Shown: positions 1 to 8,789 of the stretch, in pieces | How positions within the stretch are numbered: the first letter of the stretch is position 1 | How the letters are laid out: each line of letters opens with the position of its first letter | Assembly: GCA_963792645.1 (NCBI GenBank) | Contig: CAWBWS010000001.1 | Span: forward strand, 655,973 to 719,972 | Length of the DNA stretch: 64,000 nt | Direction of reading: 5' to 3' | DNA from: an uncultured Actinomycetota bacterium | Lineage (GTDB): Bacteria > Actinomycetota > Acidimicrobiia > Acidimicrobiales > Palsa-688 | Translations under genes and position numbers: made by a program | The notes under the pieces: model-generated | Databases searched by the model: none | What the model was told of the DNA's origin: nothing | What the model saw: the letters and a program-made list of their open reading frames with translations, nothing else

Positions 1-29
1 CCGCCCCGACTGGAAGCTGCCGTTGGCCC

Positions 30-1196
30 TTAGGCCGGGCCAACGAGGGTGATTTTCCCGCTGACGACCTTGTGCACCAGGATGATCGGCGTGCCCTTGA
101 GCTCACCGTCGGGGCCGTAGTCGTAGGTCTTCAGCAGCCCCTTGTACGGGGTGGTGCTGACGTAGGTGTTGATGGCGGCCCGGGTGTACTTGCCGGCCGC
201 GATGGCAGCCAGGAAGTGGTTGGCGGCGTCGTAGGCCTCGCCGGAGTACAGCGCCGGGTCGGTGTTGAACTTGGCCTTGTAGGCGGTGACGAACGCCGCA
301 TCCTCAGGGGCGGTGAGGGCATAGGCCGCGGGGGCGGTGAGTAGCGCACCCTCGGCGGCGGCCGGAGTGGCGCCGTTGACGAACCCGATGTCGAGCGAAC
401 CGTCACCCGACATGAACGGAGCGGTGACGCCGGCCGTCTTGAGCTGGAGGGCCAGCGGACCGGCCTCCTGGTAGTAGCCGCCATAGATGATCATGTCCAC
501 GCCGGCGGCCTTCACCGCGTTGACGGTCGAGGGGTAGTTGTGGCTCTTGTCGATCGATCCCGGCGACGTCACGGTCACGCCGCCATCAGTGAGCTGCTTG
601 CGCACTGTGTCGGCCAACCCCTTGCCGTAGTCCGAGGCGTCGTCGATGACCGCCACTTTTTTGGCCTTGGCGGTATTCAGGGCGTAGCGGGCCATACCCG
701 GGCCCTGGGCGTCGTCGTTGGCCACCGCCCGGTGGAAGATCGTCCAGTTGTTCTTCTGCAGCGTGGCGTTGGTGGCCGACGCGGTGATGATCGGCAAACC
801 GGCCTGGTTGAAGATGGGGTCAGCCTGCTTCGACTCTCCGGAGAAGGCGGGTCCGACCAGGGCGACCACGTTGGTGTTGGTGATGGCGGTCTGGGCCTGA
901 CCGGGCGCCTGGGCCGGATCGCCCTGGGTGTCGAACGCCTTGTACGACACTTTGCAACTGGGATGGGCGGTGTTGAACTGGTCGATAGCCAGCTGCGTCC
1001 CGTTGGCCTCGTTGATGCCCAGCTGTGGCGAGTTGTTCCCGGTGAGGGCACCGATGAACCCGATGGTTATGCCCGCTGGGCATCCACCGGCGGCCGGCGT
1101 TGATGTCGTCGACTTGGTGCTGCTGCAGCCGGCCGCGATCATCCCCCCGACGACCAGAACCATCAATGGACCGAACAGACGGCTTCGACGCAGCAC
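30..1196 (-). CDS. Branched-chain amino acid ABC transporter substrate-binding lipoprotein (LivJ-like)
   Basis: Last 388 aa of ORF 30..1619 show a type I periplasmic-binding pattern (GFIGALTG..VALVGPAFSGES..IDDASDYGKG) and a lipobox-like MIAAGCSS. GTG at 1196 follows GGGGAGG. The upstream part of the ORF is Arg/Pro junk. Confidence 0.85.
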   Translation of the reverse strand: MLRRSRLFGPLMVLVVGGMIAAGCSSTKSTTSTPAAGGCPAGITIGFIGALTGNNSPQLGINEANGTQLAIDQFNTAHPSCKVSYKAFDTQGDPAQAPGQAQTAITNTNVVALVGPAFSGESKQADPIFNQAGLPIITASATNATLQKNNWTIFHRAVANDDAQGPGMARYALNTAKAKKVAVIDDASDYGKGLADTVRKQLTDGGVTVTSPGSIDKSHNYPSTVNAVKAAGVDMIIYGGYYQEAGPLALQLKTAGVTAPFMSGDGSLDIGFVNGATPAAAEGALLTAPAAYALTAPEDAAFVTAYKAKFNTDPALYSGEAYDAANHFLAAIAAGKYTRAAINTYVSTTPYKGLLKTYDYGPDGELKGTPIILVHKVVSGKITLVGPA

Positions 1197-1279
1197 GCGC
1201 CACCTCCCCAATACAGGTCTCCCAGCCGGGTTACCCGGTATCGGGAGCATAAACGAGCGGGGGCTCGCGTGTCGGGGCG

Positions 1280-1950
1280 GTGACACAATGGCCGTCCGTG
1301 ATCGAGCTCGAGCTCCGCAACGACGTCTACCGCCGGCCGCTGGCCACCGCCCTCGACCGCCTCGGGCTGCGGGAGGGCTGGCGCTGCGTCGATGTGGGCG
1401 CCGGCGGCGGCGACGTGACGGTGGCGCTGGCCCATATCGTCGGCCGTGACGGGCGGGTCTACGCCGTCGACAGCGACCCCAGGCCCGGGACAGGTGGCCG
1501 CCGCCGCCGCCGAGGCCGCCCAGGCCCAGGTCATCGCCCTGACCCAGGCGGCCGAGGACCTCACCCTGCCCGAGCCGGTCGACCTGGCGTTCTGCCGCTT
1601 CGTGCTGCTCCACGTCCACGACCCGGTGGTGGTTCTCAAGCGGATGGGCGCGGCCGTCCGCCCGGGGGGATGGGTGGTGGCCCAGGAGCCCATCACCTCG
1701 GCCGGGCGCATCGACGGCCGGCCGCTCTCCGTACCCGCACGCCCGGCATCCCGACGTCGGCGCGCTGCTGCCGGCGCTGGTTCGCGACGCCGGCCTCGAG
1801 CTGGTCGACGCCTGGGCCGAGGCGCCGGCCTGGGTCGGGCCGGGGCCGGTGACGGACTACCTGGCCGCGCTCACCGAGGTCGACCCGGGCGACGACCCGG
1901 TCGTGCTGCCCCCCCTGGTGACCGTCGTGGCCCGCCGGCCGCACCTGACC
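1280..1950 (+). pseudogene. Class I SAM-dependent methyltransferase, frame broken at least twice (about 1485 and 1735); 3' end uncertain
   Basis: Motif I VDVGAGGGDVTVALAHIVGRDGRVYAVD lies in the frame of ORF 1280. It continues as AAEAAQAQVIALTQAAEDLTLPEPVDLAFCRFVLLHVHDP..PGGWVVAQEP in the frame of ORF 1446, then HPDVGALLPALVRDAGLELVDAW in the frame of ORF 1849. Confidence 0.6.
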
Positions 1951-1976
1951 GTAGCCGCCGGTACCATCGCGTCCCT

Positions 1977-3611
1977 GTGGCAGCCCTCCCGACTCCGCAC
2001 CCCGATCTGGCCGGCGCCGCCGTCGGCCCTCGGCGTCGCCGAGGGTGCGCTCGACGCGCGCCGCCCGCCACCTGGCCGGCGGGCGGCCCGGACGGCCTCG
2101 ACGCCAACCAGGTGGTCGCCTACGACCTGGCCCACGCCGCCGCGGCGGTGGCCATCGCCCGGGCGCGGTCGAGCTACGGCGCGCAGGGCGACGTCGAGGC
2201 CCGCATGGCCTGCGCCTTCGTGGCCGACGCCTGCTGGGACCTGGCGGCCAAGGCTGCTGGGCCGCGAGCCGCACTGGGGTGCGGAGAGCGGGCTCCTGGA
2301 CGCGGCCCTGGCCTTCGTCGCCACTTACCGGGACCCGAGTACGCTGGCCGCCCTGGCTTCGGAGGAGGGGCCGACGCCACCTCGACGGCGACTTCGAGAT
2401 GGTGCGAGACAGCTTCCGGCGCTTCGCCGAGGACCGGATCCGCCCGGGCGCCGAGCAGATCCACCGGCACAACGCCGACATCCCCGAGGAGATCATCGCC
2501 GGCCTGGCCGAGATGGGCGGCGTTCGGGCTGTCCGTACCCGAGGAGTACGGCGGCTTCGCCTCGGGCGGCGAGAGCGACTACATGGGCATGGTGGTGGCC
2601 ACCGAGGAGCTGTCCCGGGTCTCGCTCGGCGCCGGCGGCTCGCTGATCACCCGGCCCGAGATCCTGACCCGGGCCCTGGTCCGGGGCGGCACCGAGGAGC
2701 AGAAGCAGCACTGGCTGCCGCGGATCGCATCCGCCGAGTCGATGGTGGCGGTGGCGGTGACCGAGCCCGACTACGGCTCCGACGTGGCCGGCGCTGACCG
2801 TGACCGCCACTCCCGCGGCGGACGGCGGCGGCGACTGGGTCATCAACGGCGTCAAGACGTGGTGCACCTTCGCGGCCCGGGCCGACATCCTCATGCTGCT
2901 GGCCCGCACCGACCCCGACCGGTCGAAGGCCCACCGGGGCCTGCAGCCTGTTCATCGTGCCCAAGCCACGCGGCGAGGGCCACGGGTTCGTCTTCGACCG
3001 GGAGCCCGACGGCCGAGCGCGGCGCCTCGAGGGCCGCCCCATCGACACCATCGGCTACCGGGGCATGCACTCCTACGAGCTGGCCTTCGACAACTGGTGG
3101 GTCCCGGGCGACTGCCTGATCGGCGGGACCGCCGGCCTGGGCCAGGGCTTCTACTACCAGATGGAGGGGTTCGAGAACGGCCGGCTGCAGACCGCGGCCC
3201 GGGCCGTCGGGCGTCATGCAGGCCGCCTACGAGGCGGCACGCGACTACGCCGCCGACCGGCGGGTGTTCGGCGCGCCCATCGGCGAGTACCAGCTGACCA
3301 GGGCCAAGCTCGGCCGCATGGCGGTGATCATCCAGGCCAGCCGCCAGTACATGTACGAGGTGGCCCGCCTGATGGCCAAGGGCGAGGGCGCCCTCGAGGC
3401 ATCCATGCTCAAGGCCTACGTGTGCCGGGCCGCCGAGTGGGTCAGCCGCGAGGCCATGCAGATCCACGGCGGGATGGGCTACGCCGAGGAGTTCCCCGTC
3501 AGCCGCTACTTCGTCGACGCCCGGGTGCTGTCGATCTTCGAGGGGGCCGACGAGACGCTGGCCCTGAAGGTGATCGCCCGCCGGCTGGTCGAGCACCCTC
3601 CGGTAGACTGA
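1977..3611 (+). pseudogene. Long-form acyl-CoA dehydrogenase, 6 robust plus about 3 probable frame breaks
   Basis: ACAD segments rotate through frames 0>1>2>0>1>2>0: DANQVVAYDLAHAAAAVA / LLGREPHWGAESGLLDAALAFV / DFEMVRDSFRRFAEDRIRPGAEQIHRHNADIPEEII / FGLSVPEEYGG..VAVAVTEPDYGSDVAG / DWVINGVKTWCTFAARADILMLLART / FIVPKPRGEGHGF..IGYRGMHSYEL..FYYQMEGFENGRLQTAARAVG / MQAAYEAARDYAADRRVFG..IHGGMGYAEEFPVSRYFVDARVLSIFEG. Breaks lie near 2255, 2378, 2520, 2795, 2945 and 3212. The N-terminal start is uncertain. Confidence 0.8.
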
Positions 3612-3636
3612 CCGGGCCTCCGAGAAAGGAAGGACC

Positions 3637-3910
3637 GTGCTCGACCCCCGACACCGAGTACGCATCGAGTTCTGCGTCCCCTGAAACTACATTCCCCGCG
3701 CCGTCGGTCTGACGGACGAACTGTTGAGCGGCTGGGCCCCGATCCTCTCGGACGTCGAGTTGATCGCCGTCTTCCAAGGGGCGTTTCGAGGTCACGCTCG
3801 ATGACGACCTGATCTTCTCCAAGGCGGCGCTCGGCCGCCACGCCACACCCGGTGAGATCGCATCCATGATCCGGGCACGAATCGGCGACGAGGTCGGACC
3901 CGGCCACTGA
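3637..3910 (+). CDS. SelW/SelT/SelH (Rdx) family selenoprotein candidate: CVPU motif with TGA-encoded Sec at 3682-3684; one +1 frame break at G-run 3778-3781
   Basis: GTG 3637 follows AAAGGAAGGA. Translation is VLDPRHRVRIEFCVP[TGA]NYIPRAVGLTDELLSGWAPILSDVELIAVFQG, then after skipping 1 nt RFEVTLDDDLIFSKAALGRHATPGEIASMIRARIGDEVGPGH, with stop at 3908-3910. This matches the Rdx pattern (IEYCVPC..RA; G.FEV..D..L.FSK...GR.P). Confidence 0.7.
3701..3715 (+). promoter_or_regulatory. Putative bacterial SECIS hairpin (CCGUC-GGUCU-GACGG), stem starting 16 nt after the in-frame UGA
   Basis: 5-bp stem 3701-3705/3711-3715 with loop GGUCU. A GGUC apical loop also occurs in the E. coli fdhF SECIS. Spacing from the UGA fits bacterial SECIS models. 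Confidence 0.5.
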
Positions 3911-3992
3911 AGCCGGTCAGCGCAGAGCAGGGAATAGGGAGTGCCGGCGGCGCGTTCCCGCGAACTCACGAGGACACCAGTGGGAGGAGGAC

Positions 3993-4517
3993 ATGACGAC
4001 CGACATCACCAATGAGCACCCCAATGTGGTCGTCGAAGCGGACGACGCCGAGTTCGAGTTCGACGACGAAGCCGGCCCCGACGACGAGATCGACCTCGAG
4101 GCGGACATCGATGAGGGGGTAGACGTCGATCTCGACGACGAGACCGATCCGGTCGATTCTGTCGACGCCGAGATCGACATCGATGGCGCGGTTCTCGCCA
4201 TCGTGGATCCCGCCGCGCCTCCCGCCGCCCAGGCGGGGCCCGCTCCGACGGCCGAGTCCGATGTCGATGACGACGTGCTGATCGTCGACGAGGTCGAGGC
4301 CAGCCTGGACATCATCCTGGCCGAGCGCATGCGCGCCGGCGACGCCGACACCGACGAGGTGGACGACGAAGACGAGGAGGAGGAGGCCCCGAGCCAGCTG
4401 GCGACGGTCATACCCGTCCGCCGCCCCGAGGAGTTCCTGTGCCAGTCCTGTTTCCTGTTGAAGCCACCCGGCCAGCTGGCCGACATCGATCATCAGCTCT
4501 GTCGGGATTGCGCCTGA
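3993..4517 (+). CDS. DUF4193 family protein with long acidic N-terminal region
   Basis: ATG follows GGGAGGAGGA. The C-terminus EEFLCQSCFLLKPPGQLADIDHQLCRDCA is the typical DUF4193 Cys motif. Confidence 0.8.
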   Translation: MTTDITNEHPNVVVEADDAEFEFDDEAGPDDEIDLEADIDEGVDVDLDDETDPVDSVDAEIDIDGAVLAIVDPAAPPAAQAGPAPTAESDVDDDVLIVDEVEASLDIILAERMRAGDADTDEVDDEDEEEEAPSQLATVIPVRRPEEFLCQSCFLLKPPGQLADIDHQLCRDCA

Positions 4518-4574
4518 CGAGAAGTGGATGGAGAAGGCCTGCCATTTATGGCACCCCTACTCCATCCACTTCGC
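4518..4574. repeat. Palindromic intergenic element, copy 1 (terminator-like hairpin between convergent genes)
   Basis: CGAGAAGTGGATGGAGAAGG..TGCCAtttaTGGCA..CCTACTCCATCCACTTCGC. The 13-bp outer arms are 4521-4533/4560-4572, with an inner stem 4540-4544/4549-4553. It is 45/57 identical, without gaps, to the reverse complement of 41198-41254. Confidence 0.6.
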
Positions 4575-4587
4575 CGAATGGCGCCCG

Positions 4588-5535
4588 CTAGCCGGCGCTC
4601 GGCTTCAATCCGGCCCGCTGACCCACCGCGACGACCTTGGCCGCCACCTTGCGTGACGCCTCGTCGATCATCTCGTCGCCGAACATGACCGCGCCCCTGC
4701 CGTCGCCCTCGGTGGCCTCGTGGCGCTCGGTAGGCGTCGAGGATGGCCCAGGCCCGGTCGAACTGCTCCTGGCGTGGGCCCGAACACCTCGTTCAGGAAC
4801 GCTGACCTGGTCGGGGTGCAGGGCCCACTTGCCGTCGAAGCCGAGGATCTGGGTGCGCTGGCGAGTAGTCCCGGAACCCGTCGGGGTCGCGGACCTTGAC
4901 GTACGGGCCGTCGATGACCTGCAGCCCGTTGGCCCGGCCGGCCATGAGGATCTTCATGAACACGTAGTGGAAGTAGTCGCCCGGGTACTCGGGGATCGGC
5001 CAGGCCGCCGGCCAGCGACGGCATCTCCATCGACGCCGAGAAGTCGACCGGGCCGAGGATGACGGTCTCCAGCCGAGGCGAGGCGGCGCAGATCTCCTCG
5101 ACGTTGATCAGGCCCCGGGCCGTCTCGATCTGGGCCTCGATGCCGATGTGGCCGGCGGGCAGGCCGGCCTGCTCCTCGACCTGGGTGAGCAGCAGGTCGA
5201 GGGCGACCACCTCGGCCGCCGTCTGCACCTTGGGCAGCATGATCTCGTCGAGGCGCTCGCCGGCGTTGCCGACCACCTCGATGACGTCGCCGTGGTCCAC
5301 TTGGTGTCCCAGGCGTTGACCCGGACGCAGAGGACCTTGTCGCCCCAGTCCTGGTTCTTGATGGCGTCGACGACCTTGGCCCGGGCCGCCTCCTTCTCCA
5401 GCGGCGCGACGGCGTCCTCGAGGTCGAGGAAGACCATGTCGGCCGGCAGGGCGGGGCCTTGGCCAGCAACTTCTCGCTGGAGCCGGGCACGGACAGGCAG
5501 GAGCGGCGGGGCAGGTGACGGGTGCGTTCGGACAT
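4588..5535 (-). pseudogene. HpcH/HpaI aldolase / citrate lyase beta (malyl-CoA lyase-like) gene with about 7 frame breaks
   Basis: Pieces in order: MSERTRHLPRRSCLSVPGSSEKLLAKA / DMVFLDLEDAVAPLEKEAARAKVVDAIKNQDWGDKVLCVRVNAWDTKW / DVIEVVGNAGERLDEIMLPKVQTAAEV..IGIEAQIETARGLINVEEICAASPRLETVILGPVDFSASM / IPEYPGDYFHYVFMKILMAGRANGLQVIDGPYVKVRDPDGFRDY / QRTQILGFDGKWALHPDQV / LNEVFGPT / QEQFDRAWAILDAY / ATEGDGRGAVMFGDEMIDEASRKVAAKVV, with stop at 4588-4590. Confidence 0.75.
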
Positions 5536-5545
5536 GGGAAAAATG

Positions 5546-6706
5546 CTAGAGCGGCTCAGGCCGCCAACCGGAGGTCGGCGGGCAGTAGCTGTTCGGACAC
5601 AGCTGCTCGAACCGGGCCGGATCACCGTCGACGAACCGCCGGCAGAGCGGGAGGCCCTCGACGTAGCAGAAGATGTAGGCCCGCCAGGTGGGGTCGGTCA
5701 GGAACTGGGTGGCTTTTTCCGCCCGGGGTCTCGACAACAGGGCCCATCGGGCCAGGTAGTCGACCACCTCGGAGACCGGCCGTCCCCGGTCGTGCAGCAG
5801 GAGGGCGGCGTTGCCCCGGACCCGGCTCAGCACCTCGCCCGCCTCGGCCACCCGGGCGCTCACGTGCGGATCGTACGGAATCCCCAGCGGCCGCAGGTGC
5901 TCGGCGACCACCGGCTCGGGGCGGGGACCGGCGACCACCTCGAGGCCCAGGTCGGCCAGGCCCTCGGCCAGCAGGCACTGCGGCGTGCCGACCAGGAAGA
6001 TGGTCTCCTCCCGGTGGCGGCGCAACCGCACCAGGCCCACCTCCTTGCGGCAGTGCTCGGTGTGGTGGCCCGGGTAGGCCTCGTGGGCGACCAGATGGCC
6101 GATCCCTGTGGCCAACACCGGCAGGTCGATGTTGATCGCCACCCGGCTGCGCAGGCCGCCCAGGTAGTAGTTGAATCCCGACCATGGCTGGTTGGTCACC
6201 AGCTCGAAGTCGACCCGCTCGCCCTCGGGGAGGCCGAAGAGCACTGACGTGCGCTCCCGCAGGTCCTCGGCCAGCGCCATGACCGCCAGCTCCACCTTGT
6301 CGGGCGGCACGACCTGCGCCTCCCGCCAGACGATGTACCGCTCCGCCAGCGGCCCCGAGCCCGGCAGCACCTCAGCCAGCCGCCGGTGGGCGTCAGCCAG
6401 CACGTCCTCGGGGACCATCTCGGGCCGCACGCCGTAGCATGCCTGGACCTCGTCGAGGTAGCCGATGGGTTCGCCGGCCAGCTTGGCTGCCGTCGTGCGC
6501 AGCCCCTGCACCTGACCGGTCAGGTAGCGGCGCCGGCTCGGGATCAGATCGCCGTCGGCAGCCAGGTCGGCCAGCAGCCGACGGGCGGCGACCACCAGCT
6601 CGGCGGGCGGCCGAACCGGCTCGGCGGCCACCTGGGTCGCCAGTTCCGGGGGTCCGTAGTAGGCGTCGACCAGACCGTCGATGTGCCGGCCGAGCGACAG
6701 CCCCAA
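5546..6706 (-). CDS. DUF885-like putative metallopeptidase (HEAYPGHH motif)
   Basis: 386-aa ORF with protein-like composition and HLVAHEAYPGHHTEH, the HExxPGHH motif of DUF885. The start is TTG and uncertain, with no ATG or GTG upstream in frame. Confidence 0.6.
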   Translation of the reverse strand: MGLSLGRHIDGLVDAYYGPPELATQVAAEPVRPPAELVVAARRLLADLAADGDLIPSRRRYLTGQVQGLRTTAAKLAGEPIGYLDEVQACYGVRPEMVPEDVLADAHRRLAEVLPGSGPLAERYIVWREAQVVPPDKVELAVMALAEDLRERTSVLFGLPEGERVDFELVTNQPWSGFNYYLGGLRSRVAINIDLPVLATGIGHLVAHEAYPGHHTEHCRKEVGLVRLRRHREETIFLVGTPQCLLAEGLADLGLEVVAGPRPEPVVAEHLRPLGIPYDPHVSARVAEAGEVLSRVRGNAALLLHDRGRPVSEVVDYLARWALLSRPRAEKATQFLTDPTWRAYIFCYVEGLPLCRRFVDGDPARFEQLCPNSYCPPTSGWRPEPL

Positions 6707-6755
6707 CTCCAGGTAGTCGTTGATCAGGTCACGGATGGGAAAGTGCCTCCCCGGT

Positions 6756-7436
6756 TCAGGTCAGGGTCGACCGCAGGAAGTTGACGGTGCGCGCCCACGA
6801 TGTCCTGGCGGCGTCGTCGTCATACACCTCGGGCCGGGTGTCATTGAAGAAGGCATGGCTGGTGCCGGGATAGAGGAAAATCTCGACCTCGACACCGTGG
6901 CCGCCCAGCTCCCGTTTGAGCTGCGCCACCGCGGGCGGCCCGGCCAGCTCGTCGTGCTCGGCGTAGTGACCCTGCACCCTGGCCGTCACCCTCGACCAGT
7001 CGGGGCCGACGGGCGGCACAGGGCCGTAGAACGGAACGGCCGCTTTCACGGCATCGGGTCGCAGCGCGGCGAGCCGCAGGGCCAGGCCACCGCCCATGCA
7101 GAACCCGACCACGCCGACTCCGTCGCCGGTCGAACGCTCACGGAGGTAGTCGACCGCCCCGCTCATGTCTTTGGCCGCCCGGTCGATGTCGAGGGCCCGG
7201 GCCAGCCGGCCGGCTTCGTCGGGCTCGGTGTTGCTGACCTTGGTGCCATGGTAGAGGTCGGGCACCAGGGACACGAAGCCCTCAGCCGCCAACCGGTCGG
7301 CGACATCGCGGATATGGTCGACCAGGCCCCACCACTCCTGGATCACGACCACGCCCGGGCCGCGGCCACCGGTCGGGGTGGCAAGGTAGCCGTGGGCGGT
7401 CGACCCGTTGCTCGGAAACTCGACGATGTCCCCCAT
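6756..7436 (-). CDS. Dienelactone hydrolase family protein
   Basis: MGDIVEFPSNGSTAHGYLATP..GPGVVVIQEWWGL..VGVVGFCMGGGLAL..GTSHAFFN. ATG at 7436; the upstream part of ORF 6756..7601 is junk. Confidence 0.85.
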   Translation of the reverse strand: MGDIVEFPSNGSTAHGYLATPTGGRGPGVVVIQEWWGLVDHIRDVADRLAAEGFVSLVPDLYHGTKVSNTEPDEAGRLARALDIDRAAKDMSGAVDYLRERSTGDGVGVVGFCMGGGLALRLAALRPDAVKAAVPFYGPVPPVGPDWSRVTARVQGHYAEHDELAGPPAVAQLKRELGGHGVEVEIFLYPGTSHAFFNDTRPEVYDDDAARTSWARTVNFLRSTLT

Positions 7437-7452
7437 GGGCGCAACCGTAGCT

Positions 7453-8259
7453 TCAGGTGGCAGGCCGGAGGAGCTCCGGGGCCACCGGGCAGCCGGCCTC
7501 GTCCAACGCCTCGCCGGTGGGGCGGCGCCCCGCCGGTCCCACCACCTCGGTGAGCAGTCCCGCCGGGACGAACTCCACCGGCCGGTCCCACGGCTCGCCA
7601 CCGGCGGCGTCCACCCGCTGGAGCAGAACGTCCCACAGCCGGCCGGGCAGGACCCGGCCCACCCCGGCCACTGCCCACACCGGGATGCCCCTCTCGGTCG
7701 CGACCGCCGCCGCGGCGTGGGAACCGTTCGTGGCCAGGATCCCGCTCGGGCCGGCGGCGGTGGCCTCGAGTACCACCAGGTCCGACACCACGACCGCGGC
7801 CGCCACCCCTGAGTCAGGGATCAGAGATGCGATGGCCCCCCCGTCGTTGAGCTGGCGGGCCAGCGCCGTGCCCTCGCCGGCGGCTTCGGCGACCAGCACC
7901 TCGAGGTCGCCCCGGCGGCGCAGGGCGCCGGCGACCATTTCCGGCCAGCCGACGATGGTGACGGTCACATCGTCGGGAAGGGCTCCGGCCAGCACCGCGG
8001 ACGTCGGATCGGCGTCCATCTCGGCGGCCGCCACCCAGGCCGCCGTCTCGGCGTCGCTCGCGGTCAGGGCCCGGGCCGCCAACCACCACACCGGTGCGAT
8101 GGCCGGGTGCCGGTCGATGAGGCGACGGCAGGCCGGCACCAGGCCGGCCGGCTCGACCCGGATCACCCCGGCCAACGCCACGGCCATCTCGCGGACCAGG
8201 AGACTGGGATCAGCTCCCGAAGCCCGCGCCACATACCTCAGGCGCTCGATCGGGTGCAC
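7453..8259 (-). CDS. Conserved hypothetical protein, eIF-2B alpha/beta/delta-like fold suspected
   Basis: 268-aa ORF with N-terminal HPIERLRYVARASG and a C-terminal ATNGSHAAAAVATERGIPVWAV segment resembling IF-2B family proteins. The assignment is tentative. Confidence 0.5.
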   Translation of the reverse strand: MHPIERLRYVARASGADPSLLVREMAVALAGVIRVEPAGLVPACRRLIDRHPAIAPVWWLAARALTASDAETAAWVAAAEMDADPTSAVLAGALPDDVTVTIVGWPEMVAGALRRRGDLEVLVAEAAGEGTALARQLNDGGAIASLIPDSGVAAAVVVSDLVVLEATAAGPSGILATNGSHAAAAVATERGIPVWAVAGVGRVLPGRLWDVLLQRVDAAGGEPWDRPVEFVPAGLLTEVVGPAGRRPTGEALDEAGCPVAPELLRPAT

Positions 8260-8262
8260 AGG

Positions 8263-8763
8263 TCAGGCGCCGGGCTTGAACACCATGCTGTAGAGCACGA
8301 TCAGGAAGATGACGTCGAAAACGGCCCAGCCCAGGTTGATGCGCTGCTCGAGCTGGGTCAGCTGGCTGGCATCCCCGCTCGAAGGAGCGGCCCGGCCACC
8401 GTTGACCTGGCCGACCAGCTGGCCGTACTGGCGCTCGGTCTTCTTGATGAAGCCGTGCAGTACCCCCATGTCGACCAGGTACAGGACCACGCTGACCGAC
8501 AGCCAGGCGTCGCCCATGGAGTAGACGTACTTGCCGGCCACCTTGCTGGTGAGCGAGACAAGAATGCCGAAGACGAAAACTGCGTAGATCACGAACTCGG
8601 CGATGCGGTTCACCTCGCCGATGGCCTCCAACGCCGCCGCCTCGCCGGCCCCACGCAGGCGCCGGGCTTTGGCCCGGAACACCCCGTTGTAGGCCACCGC
8701 TCCGAAGCCGAGTATTACCGAGGCAATGTGCAGAAGCAGCATCATCTTGAACAGGTTGCCCAT
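8263..8763 (-). CDS. Small integral membrane protein (about 4 TM helices)
   Basis: MGNLFKMMLLLHIASVILGFGAVAY.. contains hydrophobic helices throughout. ATG at 8763. Confidence 0.6.
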   Translation of the reverse strand: MGNLFKMMLLLHIASVILGFGAVAYNGVFRAKARRLRGAGEAAALEAIGEVNRIAEFVIYAVFVFGILVSLTSKVAGKYVYSMGDAWLSVSVVLYLVDMGVLHGFIKKTERQYGQLVGQVNGGRAAPSSGDASQLTQLEQRINLGWAVFDVIFLIVLYSMVFKPGA

Positions 8764-8789
8764 GCCGGCTGACCGTAGCCCGTCATTTC

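Noticed and set aside
3682-3684. TGA in the Rdx gene as a true stop or a substitution error
   Set aside because: Not fully excluded. However, the TGA aligns with the catalytic Cys position, the family pattern continues downstream in frame, and a SECIS-like hairpin follows at the expected distance. The errors elsewhere in the window are indels, not substitutions.
3917-4493. Two overlapping Ser-rich and Leu/Val/Gly-rich minus-strand ORFs
   Set aside because: They are mirror images of the Asp/Glu-rich DUF4193 gene, which has a strong SD and a diagnostic C-terminal Cys motif.
1280-5535. Programmed ribosomal frameshifting or transcriptional slippage as the cause of the frame breaks
   Set aside because: There are too many breaks, in unrelated genes, without a shared slippery motif or downstream structure. 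Essential genes elsewhere are also affected.
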